Shown in pieces: positions 19,022 to 26,369 of a stretch of 61,133 nt of DNA. The stretch is from Gemmatimonadales bacterium (GTDB lineage Bacteria > Gemmatimonadota > Gemmatimonadetes > Gemmatimonadales > GWC2-71-9), in the NCBI GenBank assembly GCA_036523455.1, contig DATDED010000243.1, positions 1 through 61,133 of the forward strand, written 5' to 3'. Both the position numbers and the translations under genes were made by a program. Below the pieces are notes generated by a model. The model ran no database searches. It was not told where the DNA came from and saw only the letters and a program-made list of their open reading frames with translations. Every line of letters starts with the position of its first letter. The stretch's first letter is position 1.

Positions 19022-20515
19022 TCACGCGAGCGCGCAGGCGACCGCCCGCAGGACGGCCTCCGCCTTCGCCTCGGTCTCGGCGAACTCGCGGGCCGGATCG
19101 GAGTCCGCCACGATGCCGGCCCCGGCCTGAACCACCACCCCCTGCGGACGTACCACGGCGCAGCGGATCGCGATCGCCGTGTCGAGCGTCGCGGCGCCCC
19201 AGCCCACATATCCCACGGCGCCCGCGTAGGGCCCGCGCCGCTCCGGCTCCAGGGCGTCGATGATCTCCATCGCCCGCACCTTCGGAGCGCCGGTCACGGT
19301 GCCCGCGGGGAAGCACGCCTTGAACGCATCGAGCGCGTCGTAGCCATCCCGCAAGGTGCCGCGCACCTCGCTCACCAGGTGCTGGACATGGGAGTAGCGC
19401 TCCACGCCCATCAGCTCCGACACCCGCACGCTGCCGAAGGCCGCCACGCGTCCCACGTCGTTGCGGCCCAGGTCCACGAGCATGCGGTGCTCCGCCGTTT
19501 CCTTGCTGTCCGCGCGGAGCGCCCGCGCCAGCGCTTCGTCCTCCTCGGGGGTGGTACCGCGCCGGCACGTTCCCGCGATCGGGCGCACGGTCACCTCCCG
19601 CCCGGTGACCCGCACCAGCACTTCGGGGGAGCTGCCCACGAGCGCGACGTCGTCGAGCGTCAAGTAGAAGAGATACGGGGCGGGATTCAGGGCCCGCAGA
19701 TAGCGGTACACCCTGAACGGGTCCACCGCGCCGGGGATCTCCTGGCGGCGCGACAGCACCGTCTGGAACGTGTCGCCGGCGCGGATGTGCTCGAGGATGC
19801 GCGCCACGTCGCGCTCGAAGTCCGCCCGGGCGTAGCGGCTGCGGGCCGGTGCCGGCAGGGTCGGCGGACGCTCGGGCCACGGGAGCGGCGCCAGCGGATG
19901 GGGCTGCGTCAATCGCTCGACCAGTGTGTCGAGGCGCGCTTCCGCCGCCTCGTACAACCGGACGCGCTCGCGGGCCAACGCGTCGGCGGGGATCTCGACG
20001 TTCGCCACGACGATGGCGCGCCCGAACAGGTTGTCGAGCACCACGAGGCTGTCCGCGATCATCACGAGCGCATCGGGGAGATCGAGCGAGTCGGGTGGCG
20101 GGGCGGGGAGCCGCTCGATGGCGCGCACCAGATCGTAGCCCAGGTAGCCCACGGCGCCGCCGCTGAACGGCGGCAGCCCGGGGACAGCGACCGGGGCGAG
20201 CGGGCGCAGCCGGGCCCCGATGTGGTCGATGGGATCGTCCGTTTCGCCGGCCGGCCGCCAGCCGCTCTCGGCCGTCCAGCGCTCCACCGAGCGTCCGCGA
20301 TACCGCCAGGCCTCGCGCGGCTCGGTCCCGAGGAACGTATAGCGCGCCCAGCGCTCACCACCCGTCAGGGACTCCAGCAGGAACCCGAACGGCGGCCGGG
20401 CGATCTTGGCGTAGGCCGCCACGGCCGTGTCGGCGTCGAGCACGATCTCGCGCGCCAGCGGGACCACGCCGCCCCGCTGCGCGCGGGTCAGGAAGTCGGC
20501 GCGCGGATCGCTCAC
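19022..20515 (-). CDS. trpE: Anthranilate synthase component I
   Basis: GTG 20515 forms a GTGA overlap with the upstream stop. The chorismate-binding segments GTVTGAPKVRAMEIIDALE and RGPYAGAVGY are present. The longer ORF-track N-terminus overlaps the upstream gene and was rejected. Confidence 0.9.
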   Translation of the reverse strand: MSDPRADFLTRAQRGGVVPLAREIVLDADTAVAAYAKIARPPFGFLLESLTGGERWARYTFLGTEPREAWRYRGRSVERWTAESGWRPAGETDDPIDHIGARLRPLAPVAVPGLPPFSGGAVGYLGYDLVRAIERLPAPPPDSLDLPDALVMIADSLVVLDNLFGRAIVVANVEIPADALARERVRLYEAAEARLDTLVERLTQPHPLAPLPWPERPPTLPAPARSRYARADFERDVARILEHIRAGDTFQTVLSRRQEIPGAVDPFRVYRYLRALNPAPYLFYLTLDDVALVGSSPEVLVRVTGREVTVRPIAGTCRRGTTPEEDEALARALRADSKETAEHRMLVDLGRNDVGRVAAFGSVRVSELMGVERYSHVQHLVSEVRGTLRDGYDALDAFKACFPAGTVTGAPKVRAMEIIDALEPERRGPYAGAVGYVGWGAATLDTAIAIRCAVVRPQGVVVQAGAGIVADSDPAREFAETEAKAEAVLRAVACALA

Positions 20516-21171
20516 TTCGGGGCGGCGAGCAGGTGGGTGCCGGGTCCTTCGATGGCGCTGCTGACGGTCGACGGCCCCGTGAGGGTGCTGTTGCGGCCCA
20601 GGAACCAGTGGTCCGGGGTGCGCTCGTGCCACACCCCCAGCGCTTGAATGAAGGCGGACGTCGAAGCGTACTTGGAACTCTGGGTGTATACGGACGGGTC
20701 CCCGTAGCTCCCGAACGACACGTCGACGATGGGCTCGTTCGACTGGTTGAATACCAATCCGGCCGGGCTGATGGTGAACTCGTAGCTGCCGGGTGATACC
20801 GTGAGGGTCAGCACGATCGTGGACGTATCGGCCAGCAACGTGTCGTTGCGCGAGACGACGCTATGGGGGAAGAACGTGAAGGCGGCGAACACCGTGTGGA
20901 CGCTGTCGGAGTGCGTGATCGCACAATGACTGAGCAGATTGTTCTTGAAGCTGCAAAGCGTGCCACTGGGCTCGGCCGCCGTGTCCCGGCCGATGGCGAG
21001 GAGCGCGGCGCGGGTCACCCCCTGGGACGGCCCGGTGCCGTTGCCGCCGCACGCGACGGCGAAGACGGTCGCGCTTGCCGCGCACAGGAGCCGGCGGGTA
21101 AGTTGGCGCCCGTGCGATTGCTGTCCGCGCTGGTCCTCGCCGTGATGCTCCCTGCCGGGGCGCGGGCGCAA
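20512..21171 (-). CDS. Hypothetical lipoprotein (start uncertain)
   Basis: The product has a lipobox-like ...LLCAASATVFAVAC-GG and a non-biased Ser/Thr-rich body. The region is visibly more A/T-rich than its flanks. Candidate starts are TTG 21171 or ATG 21276. Both overlap the divergent gene that starts at 21103. Confidence 0.5.
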   Translation of the reverse strand: MRPRPGREHHGEDQRGQQSHGRQLTRRLLCAASATVFAVACGGNGTGPSQGVTRAALLAIGRDTAAEPSGTLCSFKNNLLSHCAITHSDSVHTVFAAFTFFPHSVVSRNDTLLADTSTIVLTLTVSPGSYEFTISPAGLVFNQSNEPIVDVSFGSYGDPSVYTQSSKYASTSAFIQALGVWHERTPDHWFLGRNSTLTGPSTVSSAIEGPGTHLLAAPK

Positions 21172-23145
21172 CGGTGGAACACGCCCGAGGCCCTCGCGCT
21201 CGCCGATCGCGCCATCGCGCGGCGGGCAGGCTCGGCCGCCGACACGTCGCTGCACGATTATCGGGCTCGGGCGCATGGATTCCTATTCTTCCTCGGCGCG
21301 TTCGGAGAAGACCTCGACCAGCCCCCGCGTCTGATCAAGGCGGACCAGCTCGAGTTGGAAGTGTACTGGAAAGCCCCGGGCGCGAGCAAGCAGCGCATCA
21401 TCGGGTGGCGCGATCGCGCTGAGCTTCCCACCGACATCGTCTACCATCAGGATCACCTCGGCATCGTGCAGAACGGGTTTGGCCGCACCATCCGGCTGGG
21501 CGAGGGCGACGAGGTGCGCGACGTGCCGCATCCGCTGGCGCCCGGCGGTCCGGTGCTGTACGACTACGCCGCGGGCGACACGGTCGTCGTCGCCTTGCCG
21601 GAGCGCGAGATCCGCGTCATCGCGCTGCGCTTCCGGCCGCGGGACTTCCAGGCGCCGCGCATCGTCGGCACCGCCTACCTGGACGCCGGCAGCGCCGACC
21701 TCGTGCGCCTGGCGTTCAACTTCACCGCGGTCGCGTACGTGGATCCCACGCTCGAAGACGTGAGCGTCGTGCTCGACAACGCCCTGTATCAGGGCCGCTG
21801 GTGGCTGCCGCGGCATCAGGAAATCGAGATCCGGCGGCGTGCCACGCTGCTCGATCTGCCAGCGCGCGGCATCATCCGCGGGCGCTGGGACGTGGACCGC
21901 TACGACTTCAATACCGGAGTGAGCGCGTCCGTGTTCACCGGACCGGAGATCACCGCGGCTCCCAAGACGGTGCGCGACACCTTCCCCTGGTCCACGTCGC
22001 TGGCCGACGCCGTCCAGGACGTGGCCGAGCCCGTGCGGCGCAACGATCTGGCGGCGGTGCGGGCGCAGGCCACGGCCATCGCCGGGCGGCACGCGCTGTC
22101 GGGCTGGCGCCATCGCGGGCTCGCCGTGCGGGGCTTGAGCGATTTGCTGCACGCCAACCGGGTGCAGGGGGTGGTGCCGGGCGCCGGCCTCGTCTGGCGA
22201 GCCGGAGTGCTCGAGGCGCGGGCCCGCGGAAGCTACGGCTTCGCCGACGGCCGGGTGGATGCCGCACTCGCCGGCCGGCTCGCGGTGGGGCGTCTCGCGC
22301 TCAGCGCCGAGCTGTACCGGGAGGTCCGGGACGTCGCGGACGTGCCGATCGTCGCGCCGATCGTGAACTCGCTCGCGGCCCAGGAACTCGGAGACGACTA
22401 CGGCGACTACGTGCGCGCGACGGGCGGCCGGCTGGGACTCGAGGGCCCCGCGGGGGATCGGGCCCGCTGGCGCGTCACGGCCCGGCGCGAGGCGGTGCGG
22501 AGCCTTGCCGTGCGCGCCGCGCCGGCCACCGGCACCTACCGGGCCAACCCCGCCCTGGGCGGCCCGGCGCTCGATGTCGTCGGCGTCGGCCTCTCCCGCC
22601 CCGGCGAGGGCTTCGCAGTGCGGCGCGACCGCGCGTACGACCTCACGCTCGAGGCGGGCCGCGTGGACGGTGGCGCGACCTACCTGCGTCTCGCGGGCAC
22701 GGGCCTGGTGCTGGTTCCGCTCGGGGCGACGCGCATCCTGGCGCGCGCCCAGGGGGGCATCGCGAGCGCGTCGCTCCCCGCCCATCGCGCGTTCGTGCTC
22801 GGCGGGCGCGGCACGCTGCTGGGTGACGAGTTCCGGGCATGGGGCGGACGCGGCGCGGCGCTGCTGCACCTCGAGTGGCGCGTGCCGGCGCCGTTCCCCA
22901 GTCTGTCGTTGGGATCGGTGGCGCGCACGCCGCGCAGCATCATGCTCGCGCCGTACGCGGCCGCGGGGTGGGCCGGCCGGCCGGTGGCGGCGACGCCGTG
23001 GCGGTCCACCGGTCTGGTGCGCGTGACCGCCGGACTCGCACTCGAGTGGCTGGGCGTGTTCCGGCTCGAGGCTGGGTACGGCGTGCAGAGCCACCGGGCG
23101 CACGTCGCGTTCGACGTCACCAGGGACTTCTGGCGCATCCTCTAG
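21103..23145 (+). CDS. Outer-membrane protein with Omp85/surface-antigen-type C-terminal barrel and an uncharacterised N-terminal half
   Basis: TTG 21103 (or GTG 21112) gives the signal peptide MAPVRLLSALVLAVMLPAGARA-Q. The C-terminus has FVLGGRGTLLGDEFRAWGG...LHLEWRVP and ...FRLEAGYGV, resembling Omp85-family barrels. The upstream part of ORF 20863..23145 was rejected. Confidence 0.6.
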   Translation: MAPVRLLSALVLAVMLPAGARAQRWNTPEALALADRAIARRAGSAADTSLHDYRARAHGFLFFLGAFGEDLDQPPRLIKADQLELEVYWKAPGASKQRIIGWRDRAELPTDIVYHQDHLGIVQNGFGRTIRLGEGDEVRDVPHPLAPGGPVLYDYAAGDTVVVALPEREIRVIALRFRPRDFQAPRIVGTAYLDAGSADLVRLAFNFTAVAYVDPTLEDVSVVLDNALYQGRWWLPRHQEIEIRRRATLLDLPARGIIRGRWDVDRYDFNTGVSASVFTGPEITAAPKTVRDTFPWSTSLADAVQDVAEPVRRNDLAAVRAQATAIAGRHALSGWRHRGLAVRGLSDLLHANRVQGVVPGAGLVWRAGVLEARARGSYGFADGRVDAALAGRLAVGRLALSAELYREVRDVADVPIVAPIVNSLAAQELGDDYGDYVRATGGRLGLEGPAGDRARWRVTARREAVRSLAVRAAPATGTYRANPALGGPALDVVGVGLSRPGEGFAVRRDRAYDLTLEAGRVDGGATYLRLAGTGLVLVPLGATRILARAQGGIASASLPAHRAFVLGGRGTLLGDEFRAWGGRGAALLHLEWRVPAPFPSLSLGSVARTPRSIMLAPYAAAGWAGRPVAATPWRSTGLVRVTAGLALEWLGVFRLEAGYGVQSHRAHVAFDVTRDFWRIL

Positions 23146-23189
23146 CCCCCGGAGGCGCCCTTCCGCTAGGTTACCTGCCAGACCTCCCT

Positions 23190-25433
23190 ATGCCAGACAC
23201 CTTCTTCCCCGACGAGTGGTTGGCCCAATCGCTCGAGGTGCTCACGCCCGAGCGGTTGGCCGAGCTGCGCGCCAAGGCCGAGCCCGGGAAATGGTTGTGG
23301 GAAATGGTGGTAGCCGAGAAACTGGCGACCGACGAAGAGATCCTCGAACACCTTGTCGCCCGCTCGCGGCTGCCCATCGCCGACCTGACGCAGCTCGACC
23401 CCGGCGCCCGGACGGTGCTCCCCGAAGCCCTGGCGCGCCGCTACCGCGTCCTGCCGATCCGGGACACCGACGCCTATCTCGAAATCGCGACGTCTAATCC
23501 GTTCGACCTCGACATGGAGAAGACGCTCGCCTTCGCCACGGCGCGCCAGATCCGCATGTCCCTGCTTTCCCCCGGCAAGATCACGGAGCAGATCGATCAG
23601 CAGTACCGCCCTGAGAAGGCGCTGGACCGGTTGCTGGAGAACATGGGGCAATCGGCGGAACTGGTGCAGCTCGAGGAGGAGGCCCCGGACGAGTACAACA
23701 TCACCGAGGCCGCCGCGAGCGAGCGCCCGGTAGTCAAGCTCGTCGACCTGATTCTGTCCGAGGGCATCCTGTCCCGGGCGAGCGACATCCACATCGAGCC
23801 CGAAGAGGGTGGGGTGGCGGTGCGCTACCGGATCGACGGTGTGCTGCGGCAAGTCATGAAGATCCCGCGGGCCGCGGGACTGCCGCTGATCTCGCGGATC
23901 AAGATCATGTCGTCGCTCGACATCGCCGACCGGCTGCGGCCCCAGGACGGGCGGGCGCGAGTCGCGGTGAACGGACAGCCGATCGATCTCCGGGTCTCCA
24001 CGCTCCCCGCCGCCCACGGCGAAAAGGTCGTCATCCGGATCCTCGATTCCCGCGCGACCGTCAAGTCGCTCGACTCGCTCGGGCTCGACGCCCCGGAGAT
24101 CGAGGCGATCCAGAAGCTGCTGCAATACCACGAGGGGATCATCCTGGTCACCGGCCCCACCGGCTCGGGAAAGACGACCACGCTGTACTCGATGATCAAT
24201 CAGATCAAGAGCGAGGGGGTGAACATCGTCACGGTGGAGGACCCGGTCGAGTACCGGATTCCGGGCATCGTGCAGGTGCAGGTGCAGGAGAAACAGGGGC
24301 TCACCTTCGCCTCGGCGCTGCGGTCGATCCTGCGGCAGGACCCCAACGTGGTACTGGTGGGGGAGATCCGCGACCTCGAGACGGCGCAGATCGCCACGCA
24401 GGCGTCGCTCACCGGGCACCTCGTCCTGTCCACCCTGCACACCAACGACGCGGCGAACGCCGTCACGCGGTTGGTGGACATCGGCGTCGAGCCCTACAAG
24501 ATCGCCGCCGCGTTGCGCGGGGTCATCGCACAGCGCCTGATGCGAAAGCTGTGCAACACCTGCAAGGAGATCTCGCTCGAGCCGCCCCCCGAGGAGCTGA
24601 AGAAGTGGATCCCCTACGGCACGCGGGTATACCGGGCGGCGGGCTGCCCCGACTGCGCCATGACCGGCTACCTCGGCCGCTTCGCCGTGCTCGAGGTGCT
24701 CACCGTCACGCCCGAGGTCGAGCGGCGCATCGCCGCGGGCGAGACGGCGGACCGGATCGCCGACGCGGCGCGTGCGGCGGGGATGCCGACGCTCTTCAGC
24801 AGCGGCGTGAACCGCGTGCTGCGCGGCGAGTCGACCGTCGAGGACCTGCTGCGGGTCGTGGACGTGCCGCGCGAGGACGACCGCCGCCGCTCGCCCGCTC
24901 CTCCGGACCCCCGCAGAGGCGCCGGCGCGACCACGGCCGTCCCCGGCCGGCCCAGCCCCGCCGCCGGCTCGGCGCCGGTCGCCGAGCCGTTCGGTGGGGG
25001 GTTCGAGCTCCTGGAGGAGGCAGGGAGCGGAGCCGGGGCGGCTCGTGGTGGAGCGCCCCGCAAAGTGCTGCTGGTGGACGACGAGGACAGCCTGCGCAAG
25101 GTCCTGAAGGATCTCCTCGAACGGGACGGCTACGACGTGTCGGAGGCGCGGGACGGGGTGCAGGCGCTGGATCAGGTCGACCGCGTGGGACCCGACATCG
25201 TCGTGCTGGATCTCAATCTGCCGGCGCTCGACGGGTACGGCGTGCTGTCGCAGCTGCGTTCGCGGCCGGCGACGGCTGCCATTCCGGTCATCGTGCTCAC
25301 GGCCAAGGGCGACGAGGACAACGAGGTGCGGGTGTTCGAGCTCGGGGCCGACGATTTCCTGCAGAAGCCGTTCCGGGCGCGCGCCCTGTCGGCCCGCCTC
25401 GAGGCCGTGCTCGGCCGGCGCAAGCCGGCGTGA
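23190..25433 (+). CDS. PilB/GspE-family secretion ATPase fused to a C-terminal response-regulator receiver domain
   Basis: ATG 23190 gives MPDTFFPDEW.... The product has a T2SSE N-domain (LPEALARRYRVLPI), Walker A (GPTGSGKTTT), a tetracysteine motif (CNTC...CPDC) and a Pro/Gly/Ala linker. A receiver domain follows (KVLLVDDEDS...VVLDLNLPALDG...LTAKG...KPF). Confidence 0.85.
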   Translation: MPDTFFPDEWLAQSLEVLTPERLAELRAKAEPGKWLWEMVVAEKLATDEEILEHLVARSRLPIADLTQLDPGARTVLPEALARRYRVLPIRDTDAYLEIATSNPFDLDMEKTLAFATARQIRMSLLSPGKITEQIDQQYRPEKALDRLLENMGQSAELVQLEEEAPDEYNITEAAASERPVVKLVDLILSEGILSRASDIHIEPEEGGVAVRYRIDGVLRQVMKIPRAAGLPLISRIKIMSSLDIADRLRPQDGRARVAVNGQPIDLRVSTLPAAHGEKVVIRILDSRATVKSLDSLGLDAPEIEAIQKLLQYHEGIILVTGPTGSGKTTTLYSMINQIKSEGVNIVTVEDPVEYRIPGIVQVQVQEKQGLTFASALRSILRQDPNVVLVGEIRDLETAQIATQASLTGHLVLSTLHTNDAANAVTRLVDIGVEPYKIAAALRGVIAQRLMRKLCNTCKEISLEPPPEELKKWIPYGTRVYRAAGCPDCAMTGYLGRFAVLEVLTVTPEVERRIAAGETADRIADAARAAGMPTLFSSGVNRVLRGESTVEDLLRVVDVPREDDRRRSPAPPDPRRGAGATTAVPGRPSPAAGSAPVAEPFGGGFELLEEAGSGAGAARGGAPRKVLLVDDEDSLRKVLKDLLERDGYDVSEARDGVQALDQVDRVGPDIVVLDLNLPALDGYGVLSQLRSRPATAAIPVIVLTAKGDEDNEVRVFELGADDFLQKPFRARALSARLEAVLGRRKPA

Positions 25434-25897
25434 CCGCGATCCGCGTCTGTTTCGTCGATACCTTCGTGCTGCGGCGAGGCGGAGGGGAGTGGGAGGTGCT
25501 CGTGCTGCGCCGTTCGGCGCGCGGGCGCAACCCGGGGTCGTGGGAAACCGTGCACGGTACCATCGAGCCGGGCGAAACGCCGGTGCAGGCCAGCCTGCGT
25601 GAGCTGCGCGAGGAGACCGGACTCGCTCCGGAGCGGTTCTACAATCTCAGCCGCATCGAAGGCTTCTATCAGCACCGCACCGACGAGCTCGCGATCATTC
25701 CGGCGTTCGCCGCGGTCGTCGCCGCCGGTGCCGCACCGCGACTGTCCGAGGAGCACGATGCCTTCGTGTGGCTCGCGCCCGACGAAGCCACCCGTCGCTT
25801 TGCCTGGCCGCGGGAGCGGAGAGCACTGGACGACGTTTTGTCAATAGTGGGGGCGGAGGGTGGGGGGTTGCTGGACGACGTGCTGCGGGTATCCTAG
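25430..25897 (+). CDS. NUDIX hydrolase
   Basis: GTG 25430 forms a GTGA overlap with the ATPase stop. The Nudix box GTIEPGETPVQASLRELREETGL is present. Confidence 0.8.
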   Translation: MTAIRVCFVDTFVLRRGGGEWEVLVLRRSARGRNPGSWETVHGTIEPGETPVQASLRELREETGLAPERFYNLSRIEGFYQHRTDELAIIPAFAAVVAAGAAPRLSEEHDAFVWLAPDEATRRFAWPRERRALDDVLSIVGAEGGGLLDDVLRVS

Positions 25898-25982
25898 CTG
25901 CGTCCTCCACGCGGTGTGATCAGGTGCCGTCCACGGTGAGACTTCTTTCCGGTGCGCCGACCCGGCGCGCGCGTCTCGGCGT

Positions 25983-26369
25983 GTGAATCCGTTCTACCAC
26001 CGCATCTACCGCATCGTTCGCCATATTCCCAAGGGCCGCGTCGCGACCTACGGTGTCGTTGCCCGCCTCGCGGGCCGGCCGGGCGCCGCGCGCACCGTGG
26101 GATGGGCGTTGTCGGCGCTGCCGGAGGACAGCGATGTGCCGTGGTGGCGCGTGATCAACGCGGCCGGACGGATATCGTTGTCGGGCGAGCACAGCGCGGT
26201 GCTGCAACGGGCGCTGCTGCTGCGGGAAGGTCTCAAGTTCGCGCCGGGCGGCGCGGTCAACCTGGGCAGCTTCGGATGGCCGGCGGAAGCCTACGAGACC
26301 GCACCCGCCGCCCAGAGCCGCGCGGCTTCCTCGCGCAGATCCCGCAGGTTGAAGGGCTTCCGCACGTAA
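25983..26369 (+). CDS. Alkyltransferase-like (ATL) protein: MGMT DNA-binding domain with Trp replacing the acceptor Cys
   Basis: The product has IPKGRVATYGVVARLAG and VPWWRVINAAGRIS. A true MGMT has PCHRV and ATL proteins have PWHRV. The last 79 nt overlap the convergent kinase gene. Confidence 0.75.
   Translation: MNPFYHRIYRIVRHIPKGRVATYGVVARLAGRPGAARTVGWALSALPEDSDVPWWRVINAAGRISLSGEHSAVLQRALLLREGLKFAPGGAVNLGSFGWPAEAYETAPAAQSRAASSRRSRRLKGFRT

Noticed and set aside
17702-20647. 981-aa ORF on the plus strand, the longest in this part of the track
   Set aside because: It is antisense to the FHA-GAF-cyclase and trpE genes, which have clear family motifs. Its product is Arg/Gly/Ala/Pro/His-rich with no recognisable motif. 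This is the typical shadow ORF of a ~70% GC genome. The same reasoning applies to 390..1472, 3369..5000, 5054..6349, 5542..6618, 25920..27758, 25952..28411, 30087..32237, 31376..32917, 33050..34762, 39332..41068, 40960..42810, 43324..45249, 48173..50128, 55059..56651 and 59228..61033.
22839-23189. N-terminal extension of the PilB/GspE ORF (ORF track start 22839)
   Set aside because: The extension overlaps the 3' end of the Omp85-like gene in another frame and is Arg/Gly-rich. The ATG at 23190 gives a sensible N-terminus 44 nt after the upstream stop.
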